A model generated the notes under the pieces. That model made no database searches. It was not told the origin of the DNA and was given only the letters and a program-made list of their open reading frames with translations. A program made the translations under genes and the position numbers. A stretch of DNA of 63,850 nucleotides, the filler included, from Octopus bimaculoides (Eukaryota), in NCBI RefSeq assembly GCF_001194135.2. It is 8 parts of 8 records of this genome, joined end to end, with 100 filler letters (N's around TTAATTAATTAA, not from the genome) between each part and the next. Parts side by side here need not be neighbours in the genome. Positions count along the whole stretch, not along the records: positions 34,677 to 45,210 come from NC_068999.1; positions 45,311 to 50,572 come from NC_068986.1; positions 50,673 to 60,130 come from NC_069001.1; 5 more parts are not named here. The stretch is one strand, 5' to 3'. This document shows, one piece after another, positions 36,878 through 50,814 of this stretch; positions within the stretch are counted from its first letter, which is position 1, and each line of letters opens with the position of its first letter.

Positions 36878-38854
36878 GTATGAAATAGTTATGTGTAATT
36901 ATATTGATTTGCACATGTTTACAAACGTTTCAGTGTATATAAATATATGCAAGGAACATTTACATATATTGATAGAATGGGAATATCCATTTCTACACAC
37001 CAACACAAATATATGCATAGCATACACAGTTGAGAGTATGTGTTTGTGTGTATATGTGGGGGGCTTGTATCTGTGTGTATGTGTGTGTGTGTGGGGGGGG
37101 GCTTGTATCTGTGTTTGTGCTTCTGTGTTTCTGTGTGTGATTGTATGGTGTGTGAATATCTGTACGTGTGGGTGTATGCGTATTTTTATTGCGCTTATAT
37201 TTCTTAGTGTATTTGCGCATGTGTCTATTCATAACCATAATAATTATACTATGCATATATACATATACACATTCGAATAGACAATTACACTCAAGCTCAG
37301 AAGCACTCTCACACATATTATTATTGTATATATGTATATATATGTGTGTGTTTATCTTTATATATTTATGTGTGAGCGTGTCTATGTGTATATAAATGCA
37401 TATGTGTTTACATGTATGCAGGTACATATCTAATCATTCTTCCACTAGTTGTCAAGCAAGTTGTAATTGATTTATTCCATAGTGATAGGCAACAAATATG
37501 TGACTCCATAAACTTTCACCTTTATTTCTTACATGCAATATTGAGATTCTGGCGTGTTTTCAGCATTTTCTGATAACAATGAACCATTTGTACTAAGAGT
37601 ATTATTATCTGAAAGAATAGAATGCTTTATAGTCTTAGCTCAGGGTGAAAAGACCTTGGTTGTCCAAGAAAGAAACTCTCTTCCAAAATCTTCTCTTCAA
37701 GAGGAAAATAGATAACATAGAAATTCCGAGATATCTCACAAAAGAATGTTTCCTTCTTTTGTCATTGTTTGTATAGTAAACTATCTATCATTTTTTTAAT
37801 CCTGAGTTGGTGTAACGTTTATTGGCGGATTTCTGTTTTCTCATCTGTTTCTTTGCAATAATATCACTATCATAGTTAGGTTTAAAATTACTGTTTCAAC
37901 TACAAAAGTTTGATCTGTAGTATTAGTTAATATACAACGTGTTGATCGAATTTTTGCTTTTCGCTCAAACTTTTTGTTTGCACGATACAATACATGCAAT
38001 GAATGAATTACCGGCTTTGTAAGCTTTGTAAAAGCAGCGAGCAGCATTCACTTAAGTCTGCTTCACAATGTTGGCTTCATATCTATACAGAATAAATGCA
38101 GGAAGACAGGTATATTCCAATTATTCTTCATTTGACAAATTTCTTTATTTCATTCCAGCCTATCTTTTTTTACACGCCAACAGCCCAATGAGTGTGTAAG
38201 AGCCCAATATGTACAGAAATATAAAAGATAAAATCCATCATCGGTAACTAATTTTAAAGAGCCTAACTGAAATTGCATGGTAGCTCTGAAGAAGTATTTA
38301 TGAAACTTCTCCATGGCGGTAAGAAGCATCGTTATTATGCCTTCAAAAATATACCTTGATCGTCGAAAGTTTTATACAGAATTGACTGTAACTGAAACGA
38401 AGCAAGTCTTGCATCAAATGTCTATATACAAGAACGTGGTAATAGTTGTTCAAAAATGAAATCCATTTACTGTGTAAATTGAATGTAAGCAACATCATTA
38501 AGTACTAGTGCTTCTCTAAAACTTATCAAAACAGGGATCATTAAAGGGAAGTGAAGAGAGTTGTTTTCTCAATAAGATCAACCATTCACATCTTGTGGGG
38601 CGCACCAACGATATGTGGATAACAATCGTCTATACATGTTTATGTTGGTAAGCTCTTCGCTTCGTATGGAGCATAGGCCATCGACACATTTTCTCCCCTG
38701 TCCTCGATTCTGAGCTGTTTTTTTTTCTGCCGGGCAGAAGGACCCCCTCCTTCGGGTCTTGTTGAATTTGTATTCTCATCGACGCTTCAGAAACTTTATC
38801 TTTTGTTTCAAGGTTGGGGCGTTAGCATACGTAAAGCCATTTGTACTACTGGGA

Positions 38855-39140
38855 ATACAAGGGTTCCAGTTGATCCGATCAACGAAACAGCCTGCTCGGG
38901 AAATTAACGTGCAAGTAGCTAAGCTCTCTACAGACACACATACCCTTAATGTAGTTCTCATGGACATTCAGAGTGACAAAGAACGTAACAAGCCTGACCA
39001 TTTAAAATACAGATACAAGTCATTTTTGCCAGCTGGGTAGACTGGGGCAATGTGAAATACAGTGCCTTGCTCAAGGTCAAAACGCATCGCCGGGAAGTGA
39101 ACTCGTGACATTGAGACCGTGGGCCGAATGCCCTCTTCAT
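38855..39140 (+). mobile_element. SINE (third family), related to 53510-53812
   Basis: Shared segment ttccagttgatccgatcaacg(a/g)aacagcctgctcg..aaattaacgtgcaag. Confidence 0.8.
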
Positions 39141-39364
39141 TGTACTACTGGAAATAGGTCGCCTATATTTTTACTGGCTTCTATCCTTCACCCTGTCCAG
39201 TATAGGTGGCTCTAGCTGGAGCTCATGATCTGTTGCCAGAGCTCTCATGGTCACTGAGGCACACAAGGATTGTATCTTGTAGTAGCTATACATATCCAGA
39301 TCTAAAAACGACGGAGTAATTTCACACATATTTAAAGGTATGTTCGATATTATTTCACATATAT

Positions 39365-39580
39365 AAGGCAGCGAGATGGCAGAATCGTTAGCACGATGGA
39401 GAAAATGTTTAATAGTATTTCGTCTGTCTTTACGATCTGATTTCAAATTGCACCGTGGTCAATTTTGCCTTTCAACCACTCGCAGTCGATGAAATAAATA
39501 CCATTTACGCACCGGAGTCAATATAATCGACTAAGCCTTCCCCCAAATGTTCAGGCCTTGTGCTTTTAGTAGATAGGACA
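39365..39580 (+). mobile_element. tRNA-derived SINE (major family)
   Basis: ggcagcgagatggcagaatcgttagcacg head and ccccaaatgttcaggccttgtgc tail. Confidence 0.85.
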
Positions 39581-40284
39581 TTATTCCATATGTATACGTA
39601 GTACAATCTGCTAGTGTTGATATCCAAATGGAGGTAAATGATCACTGAACAAACACATTGCACTGTATTTGGAAAACCAAAATTTAATTTATTTTCAATG
39701 ATTTTGTAACCTTGTAATATGCACATAGATAAATAACTAGAATAAATAACTAGAGAAATGAAATAATTTCGCTCGATATCTTGGATTCTAGTTGGTACTA
39801 GCAGAATAATTCCAATAGAGAGTATTGAGAACAAAACTCGGTCATTGGAAAAATACCTGTGCAGAAAAATAATCACGAATCTGACACTAGAAAAGAGATC
39901 AAAATTAATTACCTACGTTCACAAGTTTCAGATAACAGGCTATTGGTTACATGGGAACTAGTTCAATTACTTTAGATATGAAATAGTTCACGTTGGCGAA
40001 TGAGCAACGCGACCGTTTCTGCTGGTTCACAAACTATCAACTAGAATACTAGGTTCTTAACACTTCACCACATTTTTTTTAAAGTTCCATTGTCCCAATA
40101 CTTTTTATGCGAATCTAAAATGACCCAAAGTGACTTTTGGCGAAATCGCATACAGCATCTTTCTATATGTCTTGAAGGATCACTTTTTAAGAGTACGATT
40201 CGATGATGAAAATAGATTGAATTCTTCCATCTGTATGATCAAAGGTTTCTCGCTTTAGCATTCGCTGTGGTTTATGAATTTCTC

Positions 40285-40344
<60 letters not shown>

Positions 40345-41289
40345 TATCGTGCTTACTTCCTCTCTCTCTCACACACTCTTTCTCTCCCTCTCTCTCCCTC
40401 CCTCTTTGTTGATTAACATGCTTTATCAAGATGTCTCTTTCACTCTCTCCTCTCTCTCTCTCAATTGATTAACATGCCATGTCCAGATTTGATTAGCCAT
40501 TTGAATTTCAATAACTTTTCCTCATAACCTTTTGACTATTCCAGGCAACCTCTGTAAACCTCCCTATTTTATTTGACGTTCCAATACAATTTGTTCATGG
40601 TGTAACTATTTCTTGTACCTTTACTACTGGCTGTTGAAATATATTTTTATTTCTTTTCTTTTCTATATTTATGTAGCAGAAAAAATAGCAGCCAAACGCA
40701 AAATATGTCAAACGTTAACATTCGCTTTTGCAGTTAACAGATTTCAAAAGACAGTGAATGAAAGACCTTTGTGTTATATTCATCGACTATAAACGCCTTC
40801 TCTATATTCTTGTATCGAAGAAAGACATTTCAGTTTATATTCAATTCACTTTCAAAGCAGGGTAACAATACAACTGGATTATAACTTACAAGTTATATGC
40901 AAATCATCGAGTGATTTTTTTAAAAATATAATGCATTATCGCGTCCGATGATGTTCTTTTTGCTCCCATATGATCCAACCTTACTGTTGGTCTGTACTCG
41001 TAAATATGAAGAAAGCCGGTGTCCAAGAAAACTCTCACCAAAAGGATTAAAAAATATTTATCCAACAAGAGTTTTTATCATAAGTAATTGGTTAGCTCAT
41101 GTTTGGTAAAAAGGTCATTATTCAATTACATATGGGATATGCAGGTATAAAACGTATGGAATCTGGTGAAAGCAAGAAGTTACATATTTTAACCTAATAT
41201 AGAGAAACACACGGAAGAGCAATCAAATATTTGATATACTCGAGTGCAAGCACCCTAGACGCTTGGAAGGTCTGATTGGCAACCATTGC

Positions 41290-41560
41290 TAGCGACAGAT
41301 AAAACATAGTCGAGGATTTTGCTTGCTGTCTAAATGGAAAATATTTTTATTTCTAGTAGATGCTTGAAATTTTTATGATGAACAATAGCTCACCTTCATC
41401 CACAATTAAATGAATTAAAACAGGGATTCAGTGAATTTGGTTTTCCAGAAACTCTAGTATCAGAAAATGGACTTAATTCGTGTTTTCAAGTATTAATCAA
41501 TTTTGCATTGACGAAAATTATGGATCCTATTGTGCCACAAAAATGTAGAAAAGAAATACA
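41290..41560 (+). mobile_element. Decayed Gypsy-type integrase fragment
   Basis: DFACCLNGKYF (cf. DFAGPLNG.YYL) and LKQGFSEFGFPETLVSENG (cf. LF..FG.P..IVSDNG). Confidence 0.55.
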
Positions 41561-41713
41561 TTAAACAGTCCAATGTTAAACATCTTAGAGTATGAATACG
41601 TTAAGTTAAAAAAGAAGGTGTACATGGAATAGATAAAAAGTAACGACGAAGAGTCATTTATGAAATTCAAATGGGTAATCAAATCTGGATGACATGTTAA
41701 TCAACTAATAGAG

Positions 41714-41760
<47 letters not shown>

Positions 41761-41782
41761 AAAACAAGAAAGAAAGAAAGAC

Positions 41783-41813
<31 letters not shown>

Positions 41814-43465
41814 CAGACAGAAAAAGGGGAAATAATTCTAAATCATAGAAAACAACAAAATGAGAAACCTTGATCATCATGTTCTACATATAACATCTAA
41901 TCAACATTTATCATCTAAACATGTTCCATAAATGTCTCTCCAAGACAGGACGAAGTTCTACACGAGTTCACCAAAAGCCTTCTAGCATAATTTTAGTAGA
42001 AAGATGTTACGTCCTTCGTATTCTAGTTGAGTATTCTGATTTTAATCTATGGGATTAAGAAAGCCAGAAATTGGGGTTGGTGAAATCGTAAAAATTCTCT
42101 TACACCCACTTCTGAGTCTTTCCGTAAGTATTGCAAAAAGTCCAGTCCTACTACCACACGTATGGCTTCCAAGCCACAACTTTCTCCAACAAGGGTTTGA
42201 CCAGTCTCTAGCAGCTCCTGCATTGAGCCTAAGACCCTAGTTGCTGTCAGAAGTTGCGCCCCTTTTTGCTGACCACGAATTCACAGTCTCCGTTGCAGCT
42301 ATTAATGTCATGTCTTCCAACATTTGCAGTTTTCTCAGAATATTGATCAGAATTCCTTTTGTCAGTATTTTTATAGCTTGCGCGGATCATCATGGTACAC
42401 TTCTCCAATACTAAGATGATTTCCATTCCTCCACATCAGCTAACATTCTCTCAACTGCAATTTTAATCTCTATGCTCTCCAACGCCATTGACAGTTCACC
42501 AACACATCAAGCTGTTTCTGAAAAAGGAGGCATAAAATAATCGGGTAATTTAGCCCGAACACTCTGGACTGATCCATACAACTATAGAAGGAAGTCTTGT
42601 TGTTTAAAGCGATTAGTTCAAGAAATTTGACATGCTGTTTTATACGTGTGATAGGTTAGAAGCGAAGATATTTGAAAACCTACGTAATGTTTGTTTTAAG
42701 AGACTTTCTGTTGTTAATTTAACATGGCATTAGGCACGCATTGTATTTGTTTACCAGACCACTTCTGCCAATGGCAGAAGCATTTCTTGTGGCAGTAATT
42801 TGATTTCTGCAGAATGTTAACGCTTCTGTTCAGTCCTATTATTGTTTTGTTCAACAAAAACAAAGAAAGCAGTTGTCAACTTCCCAACTCAGTAATATAA
42901 AACGTTGTAGACAAAATATATGTATAAACATGTAAATCTGAGCAACGTTCTTAAAGAATTCTATGAGTAAGAGCGATGTGAAAGAATAATTTAATGAAAA
43001 TTTTACAATAAATTCGTGTTAAGTACATTTGAAATATGCGGACACTTACAAACGAAATGTGTAAGAAAAATTAGAATAACCGATGTGCTCTTACGCTTCC
43101 TGTATTTTTTAGTCTTTTACTGGAGTCAGTTATTGGATCACAACCATGTTACGGCATCGACTTCAGGAAATTTTAGCTGATCATATGGCATACAGTAGCT
43201 TAATCTCTAGATAACCGCTTTTGTGTAAACACCCTTTTTACTTCAGTGAACAGAGACATGGACGTGCTGATAGATTCACAGTTATGTTTTACAATTTACA
43301 ACTGACAGTCGTAAATTGTAAAACAAACTACCACCACTATTACATGAAGCTGAAGATTGCATAGTTTAATGCATAAAAGTACTAGTTCAGTCAGAATGGA
43401 CATTTAATATTCTAGCATTTCATTGTATTATATTATCTAATATTATATTATTATAAGAACAATTG

Positions 43466-43657
43466 CAGTGTGGAAGGTGTCTATAAGCCATTTAAAAACA
43501 AACAAAAACAGTTAGATTCACTTCGACATTTAAATTTAATTTGCCAAAATATTTTCGTCGCTTTGAGACCGCGACCTGATCACTGACAAAATTTCGTTCT
43601 AAATGAATCTAACGACTTTGTGTGTTTTTATATGGCCTATAAACACTTTCCACGCTG
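43466..43657. mobile_element. MITE-like element with ~60-bp imperfect terminal inverted repeats
   Basis: cagtgtggaaggtgtctataagccatttaaaaac...gttagattca pairs with tgaatctaac...gtttttatatggcctataaacactttccacgctg. Confidence 0.7.
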
Positions 43658-44110
43658 TATTTGTGTTGGTTTCAGCACACGATCTCAAATCAGTACATCT
43701 CCGTAATTATTATAAGATTGTAAATAAAATGTGAAAATCAGAGTTGGAAATTCTTTGAGTGATATGTTCCTCTATACACAATCATACACACCCGTGTATA
43801 TAAATACATATATATNNNNNNNNNNNNNNNNNNNNNNNNNNNNNNNNNNNNNNNNNNNNNNNNNNNNNNNNNNNNNNNNNNNNNNNNNNNNNNNNNNNNN
43901 NNNNNNNNNNNNNNNNNNNNNNNNNNNNNNNNNNNNGAAACAAATTCGGGAAAAATATTACTCAACGAACACCGGAAGTAAAGTAATATACTTCATTATA
44001 AAAGCTGCAAAAACATTTCAAAACTATCACAAACCAACTCAAAAACGTTATTTACATTATTTACATTATTTACATTTGACAGGTATTTGACCTCATCTAC
44101 TTTGTTGTTA

Positions 44111-44154
44111 ACACAACGTTTCAGTTGATATAACCTCCAGCCTTCATCAGGTGT
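44111..44154 (-). ncRNA. Minimal hammerhead ribozyme motif in a Penelope-type repeat
   Basis: ACAC CUGAUGA AGGCUG..CAACU GAAA C GUU/GUGU. Stem I has 4 bp, stem III is the palindromic AACGUU, and stem II has a mismatch. Confidence 0.6.
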
Positions 44155-44272
44155 CTTGGGGAAATTTCAAACCTGGGTTCTCATTCCTAAAGTATTTTTT
44201 GATGATATTATTATTANNNNNNNNNNTGGGGAAATTTCAAACCTGGGTTCTCATTCCTAAAGTATTTTTTGA

Positions 44273-44308
<36 letters not shown>

Positions 44309-44309
44309 A

Positions 44310-45070
44310 TCGTTTTACGCGGATGAACAGCTTGTTTCACGCGCGCTGTCGCTTATTTACCGGGGCTAAGCCATTTCTTACACTGCTTCATATTGATGTA
44401 CAGGCACTATGTTTCGTCGCCAGTAACGATTCAGTAAAGAAACCGTTGCTTGTGTCCATGAGTTGAGCGGTGACGCGCAAATAAACCAGCGGAGATTGTG
44501 GCTCGTTGATTTTTGTTGTTGTCACTTATAGCATGCGGAACCCATGCTCCATGCTTCTGAAACTTTCCCATCGACATCGAGTGAAGATGCTTCTCTATAA
44601 CAGTGTGAGAGCATTCCATTTTCTCTGCCACTTCCCTTGTCGTCTGACGAGAATTTTCGGACAAAAGTTGGTTTAATGGCACTTCGCGAACTCAACTGGA
44701 CGGCCAGAACGAGGTACGTATTTGAGGTCAAAATTTCCGTTTTTGAACTTGGCATACCAATTACGAGCGGTTCATTTAGCTATGGCACTCTCTCCATACA
44801 CAGCACAAATGTCGCAAGCAGCTTTTGCGGCCTTAGAACCTTAAAAGCAAAAATATGGAAGGGTCGAAAATGCTCGTTTTTCTTAACTTGACATTCCATT
44901 TTAATGATCTGAAAATAAACAAAAATTAACTTAAATTAACTAGAATAAAAAACAAGATAGATTCCAAAATGATTCAAAAATAGAATTCTCGAAAAAAATA
45001 GATTCCAAAATTTAAAAACGCAATAAATTCCAAATTTTAAAAAAAGGCCGTAACTTACTGGCCAACCCAA
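44310..45070 (-). mobile_element. Mariner element, 5' half
   Basis: Terminal repeat tattgggttggccagtaagt. Remnant QTTREVAEKMECSHTVIEKHLHSM...GAWVPHAISDNNKNQR. Confidence 0.88.
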
Positions 45071-45137
45071 TATATATGTATGTATATATTTGTGTGTATG
45101 TATGTAAGTATGTATGTGTGGTGTGTTCATGTGTGCA

Positions 45138-45210
<73 letters not shown>

Positions 45211-45310
45211 NNNNNNNNNNNNNNNNNNNNNNNNNNNNNNNNNNNNNNNNNNNNTTAATTAATTAANNNNNNNNNNNNNNNNNNNNNNNNNNNNNNNNNN
45301 NNNNNNNNNN

Positions 45311-45355
<45 letters not shown>

Positions 45356-47397
45356 GTAGGTAGGTAGTTAGGTATACACACATATACTGACATATCGCTT
45401 TAACGGTTTAATGAGAGGGGTAGCAAGCAATTTAAAGAAAGCTCAATAACTATAAAAGAAAAGGTAGAAGAGGAGAAAGGGAGACAAACCAAACGCACAA
45501 ACAAACAACAAAGAACGAGGGAAAGAAACAAATAGAAAGTCAGTTTTGAATAAAGGGGTCGGTTAGCAAAGGAACATAAAAGAGCATGTGTGGTTGAAAA
45601 GAGTGAACAAAGGAGAGAGAGGGAGATGAAGAGAAACAGAGAGATACAGAGAGGAAGTAAATAGGTGAGCGGGAAGGATAAAAGGTAACTGCAATGGAGG
45701 AAAGTTTGGAGCAAATTAGAAAAAATATGCTAGGTACTGGAAATGGAACGGGTAGGAGAAATATCAGGAGGAGAGGAGTACAAAACAAAAGAACATTGAG
45801 GAAGGGAAAATGAATTGATGTAAGAATCAGGGCTGTCCTGAAATGATGTGCTAGAGGAAGATCAGCATGAGGTGAAGGCTTATTCACTAGAGGTTTTGAA
45901 GGGGGTGTTTGGAGTGGAGAAATTTAATTGGGGAAAATTACTGAAATGTGACGTAAATCATTTTCAAGAAATATTTCCAGAGGACATGGCGCATAACTTT
46001 TTTTTAATCTTGGGTTAAATAAAAATGGAATGGCAATACACAGTTTAACATCCACAATATATTCGAACTAATGGCCACTAAATCTCTTGAATAATATTGC
46101 AATTAACTCTGATTTGTTAACTGTAAAGCAGTGCCGAAGGTGACCTAAGGCTTAAGGCCCCACTTTGCAATCAAGCCGAATAACAATCGAAGGTATTCTT
46201 GCCATGGCCAACTCGTATTTTTGTTATGCCATAGATTACATATTCTGGCGTGTTCTGCCTTTCTGAAGACGATAGCATGTAATTTGAAGGAGATTTTGCT
46301 GCTGTTTCTACCAAATCGAGTGACCTTGAAGATCAGTGGTTTTGAAATCAGACACAGCAAGAATATCGAGATACGTAATTAACTTTCAAATATATATATT
46401 AAATTTAAAAAAATCCTCACTAATCATCAAGAGACCTGAAAATGCAAATAATTCATAATTTTGCTACACACAAGTATGATTACTTGGAATAGTAAACAGT
46501 AGTCTTTATACATTTATTTTTTCTAAATGTTTAAGTTTGAAACATATTTTCTATGGAATACGCTACAGCAAATTTCGTAGTTGAACTCTAGTGTACTGAG
46601 GAATCATGACTGAGAACTATTAGTATAGATGCCCCTTATTGGCTTGTAACCATCCAGTACTAAAAGACTAATAATCCCGGCCATGAGCACAGTACTGTAC
46701 TGGCGAAAGAATAAGGATACAAACCATAATCTATAAACTAGAACTTGTAGTGCTTCGTCTTTAATTATTAATTAATATTGCATGGATGAAACTCCAAACA
46801 TGTATAGAATAAATCTTCAAAAATTATTTTACATTTTTCTATTTCTTTTCATTTTAATACATTTAAATTGAAATTAATTATTTTTTTGCCATATTCAGGA
46901 CCGAATAAGGCATTCAGAATGTTAATGAAAATTACTTGCAGTCTCTGAACATACTTTTAGCAATTTAATTAATTCATTAACAATACATTTACATATCGAA
47001 TTTATTCGAAAACAATTATTCAATGCAATTAATAAGATAATTAAATAATTAGAAATGGTCTTCACGTAGTGTGATGTCCCACTATTTTGCTAAATTAATA
47101 TATATATGTGTGTGTTTGAGTATATACATATATAAATGCATGTATATATATATATATATATATATATATNNNNNNNNNNNNNNNNNNNNNNNNNNNNNNN
47201 NNNNNNNNNNNNNNNNNNNNNNNNNNNNNNNNNNNNNNNNNNNNNNNNNNNNNNNNNNNNNNNNNNNNNNNNNNNNNNNNNNNNNNNNNNNNNNNNNNNN
47301 NNNNNNNNNNNNNNNNNNNNNNNNNNNNNNNNNNNNNNNNNNNNNNNNNNNNNNNNNNNNNNNNNNNNNNNNNNNNNNNNNNNNNNNNNNNNNNNNN

Positions 47398-47431
<34 letters not shown>

Positions 47432-47586
47432 GTATATATATGCACACATGTATATATGTATGTATACAGATTGATAGGTAGATATACATGCGTGTGTTGT
47501 GTAATAATTCTCTCTGTCATATAAATAATTCGTTGCTTTTTTTTTATTCCATAGCATGTGCTTTTTTTTTTTTTCAAAATTTACAG

Positions 47587-47656
47587 GTATGCATTCTATC
47601 GCCTAACAATCGATAAGAAACTTTGGCAAGAAATGAATTCATTGAACACTACAACT
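47587..47656 (+). other. Candidate 70-nt internal exon, product unknown (open frame YAFYRLTIDKKLWQEMNSLNTTT)
   Basis: Long T tract + caaaatttacag acceptor and a gtaagtatg donor. Confidence 0.5.
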
Positions 47657-47802
47657 GTAAGTATGTTGTTTTCTGATTAGACAGAAAATTAGTATACAAA
47701 CGAAAATTACTTTTATGTGGCAAGCCAAATATACTAACGTAATATTGCCCCTCACTCCTATTACCAATGCTAGCTGTGAAGTTCATATGAGTTCATATTT
47801 AT

Positions 47803-50375
47803 GTGAAATTAGTTGTGTGACCGGATTGATGTGATTAAAATGTTTAGACAATTACCATGAATATATAATTTGTTTTTCATTTGAAAGTTCAATAATATTA
47901 TAATTGACACACACACACATATATATGTGTATGTGTGTGTACTATACATGCATCTATGTGTGCATGTATGCATATATNNNNNNNNNNNNNNNNNNNNNNN
48001 NNNNNNNNNNNNNNNNNNNNNNNNNNNNNNNNNNNNNNNNNNNNNNNNNNNNNNNNNNNNNNNNNNNNNNNNNNNNNNNNNNNNNNNNNNNNNNNNNNNN
48101 NNNNNNNNNNNNNNNNNNNNNNNNNNNNNNNNNNNNNNNNNNNNNNNNNNNNNNNNNNNNNNNNNNNNNNNNNNNNNNNNNNNNNNNNNNNNNNNNNNNN
48201 NNNNNNNNNNNNNNNNNNNNNNNNNNNNNNNNNNNNNNNNNNNNNNNNNNNNNNNNNNNNNNNNNNNNNNNNNNNNNNCAGCGTATGGAGCCCTCTCATC
48301 CCCCGAGGTTCATGCTCTACGGAGAACTTGCAATCGGAACAAGACCCTGGGAAATTCCGTTATAAAGACCAGCTAAATTGGACCCTGCCTCAAACTAGCA
48401 TCCAGCCAAAGATGTCAATTTTGGTTCTGGGTAAAATGATCATTACAATTTCTATGACTATATTCCGGCCCTCTTAACGTTCTGAGTTCAAATTCCGCCG
48501 ATGCTTACTGTACCATTTATTTTTTCGGGGTCGATGAAGTTAGTGCTAGTTAAACATTAGGGTCGATACGATCAACCCTAGTGTTCACTTACTTAAAATT
48601 GCTGTCCTTGAGCTAAAGGTTAGAACCATTATTTGCTTGATTATAAGGATTACAAATCCCCTGATTATAAGTTCTCTTTGCGCAAAGAGAACTGATTACA
48701 TTGTTAGATCGCAGGAAATATTCTTTGCTATATATGTCTTCTACTTCTTCACGTTTCTAGTTCTAATCACACCTGTGTTAATTTTGTCTTGCATCTTTTT
48801 GAGGCTGGTAAGATAAAATGCAAATCAAACATTAGTCTTGAAGGCATCAACTAAATCTTCCCTTTAAATTTGCTGACTATGTGCTTAAGGTAGAGACAAT
48901 CATAATAAGAGGAGTCATGGTGGCAAGCTGGCAGAATTGTTAAAGCACCAAGAGATATGCTTTGCGATATTTCGTCTGGCTCTTTACGTTCTGAATTGCT
49001 TGTCGGGGGTGATGGTGGTGATGGTGGTGGCAGGCAATTTCGAGTGAGTAAACCCAGAAAATTTGAAATGATGTACCTTGGACAAAATTCATCACCTGGC
49101 CTGGGAAACTGGTACATAATTTTATGATCGTAAGCCCAACGTGGTAACTATTATATAATCTGGTATTTTATATCTACCAGTTTGAGCAGATATGTAATAA
49201 GAAGCGTACCAGTCCTGACCGTCCCTACAAGTATGTATATCAGGGACTGTACTGCCCAATGTATCCTACTTTGGTTAGTATATATATTGAAAGGGATGTA
49301 ATTTGAGAACAACTGACATCTGTTTCCAGCATGCCGAACAACCACATAGAACATTGGTCTGACCATCTTTATTATTTCTGCTGTCGATACTTTTACTGCT
49401 CACAAATGTTTTTTTTCACGATATTGTTTATTAAAAAAAGATACTTAATTATTAGCAATTATTTATTTTTGTATGAATTACTATCCAATCCTCCTCAGTA
49501 TATCACATGATGTTGGATATTATTGCTGTGTTATTATCATACATGAACACTCAATTTTCTGACTATCCTTAATCTGACTTATCTGTCAAGATTGATAAGT
49601 GGCTAATCCAGTTCGACATGAAACACGTGACAAATCTGTGCCGTTTAATCAAACATTTGACATTTCAAATAAAACATCTACACTCTTAATTTGCAATGGG
49701 GCGTGAAATTAGTTGTGTGACCGGATTGATGTGATTAAAATGTTTAGACAATTACCATGAATATATAATTTGTTTTTCATTTGAAAGTTCAATAATATTA
49801 TAATTGACACACACACACATATATATGTGTATGTGTGTGTACTATACATGCATCTATGTGTGCATGTATGCATATATATNNNNNNNNNNNNNNNNNNNNN
49901 NNNNNNNNNNNNNNNNNNNNNNNNNNNNNNNNNNNNNNNNNNNNNNNNNNNNNNNNNNNNNNNNNNNNNNNNNNNNNNNNNNNNNNNNNNNNNNNNNNNN
50001 NNNNNNNNNNNNNNNNNNNNNNNNNNNNNNNNNNNNNNNNNNNNNNNNNNNNNNNNNNNNNNNNNNNNNNNNNNNNNNNNNNNNNNNNNNNNNNNNATAT
50101 ATATACACATATATATATAAATATTCGATGGGAAGATCATATTACCAACAATGACGTTCTTCGCCACGCCTCACTACCAACCCACCATTCTCTGCCACTA
50201 TCTCTTCGCATTCTTCACCATCGTCTCCGCTGGGCAGGTCACGTCCAGCGTATGGAGCCCTCTCATCCCCCGAGGTTCATGCTCTACGGAGAACTTGCAA
50301 TCGGAACAAGACCCTGGGAAATTCCGTTATAAAGACCAGCTAAATTGGACCCTGCCTCAAACTAGCATCCAGCCA
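47803..50375 (+). repeat. Direct duplication: 47803-48408 versus 49703-50375
   Basis: The visible sequence on both sides of the internal N gaps is essentially identical in the two copies. Confidence 0.9.
48761..48807 (+). other. Candidate 47-nt internal exon, product unknown
   Basis: Acceptor tcttctacttcttcacgtttctag and donor CTG|gtaaga. Open frames are LITPVLILSCIFLRL or SNHTCVNFVLHLFEA. Confidence 0.45.
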
Positions 50376-50570
50376 TCCTCATGGGAAAAGATTGTCATGG
50401 ATAGGAAAGCCTGCTCCTTCAAGCAGAACAGACAACAGAAAGAGGAGGGAAAACGCAGGAGAAGAAAGGAGCGTCTTCAAAATTCTACTGTCAATCTACT
50501 ACCGTCTCTATGTCTACTATTACTCTCACCTCAACATGAGGAATAGTGGAAGTGTCATTGAATAGTGAGA
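50112..50570 (+). mobile_element. RTE (BovB-like) LINE 3' fragment; partial duplicate at 48279-48408
   Basis: IRWEDHITNNDVL...HHRLRWAGHVQRMEPSHPPRFMLYGEL..G.RP..KFRYKD. Confidence 0.9.
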
Positions 50571-50814
50571 GANNNNNNNNNNNNNNNNNNNNNNNNNNNN
50601 NNNNNNNNNNNNNNNNTTAATTAATTAANNNNNNNNNNNNNNNNNNNNNNNNNNNNNNNNNNNNNNNNNNNNATATTTATGATTATAAATTATTTACCGA
50701 AGAACGTTTTTTTCATACTGAGCTACCCGGCAGAAATTGTTAATTATTAATTTTATTACTAATTGATGATTCCCTGCCCTGCATATCTATATATATATAT
50801 ATATATATAGTAGA

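Noticed and set aside
44157-44290. ~55-bp direct repeat
   Set aside because: The copies flank a 10-N gap, the classic signature of an unmerged contig overlap.
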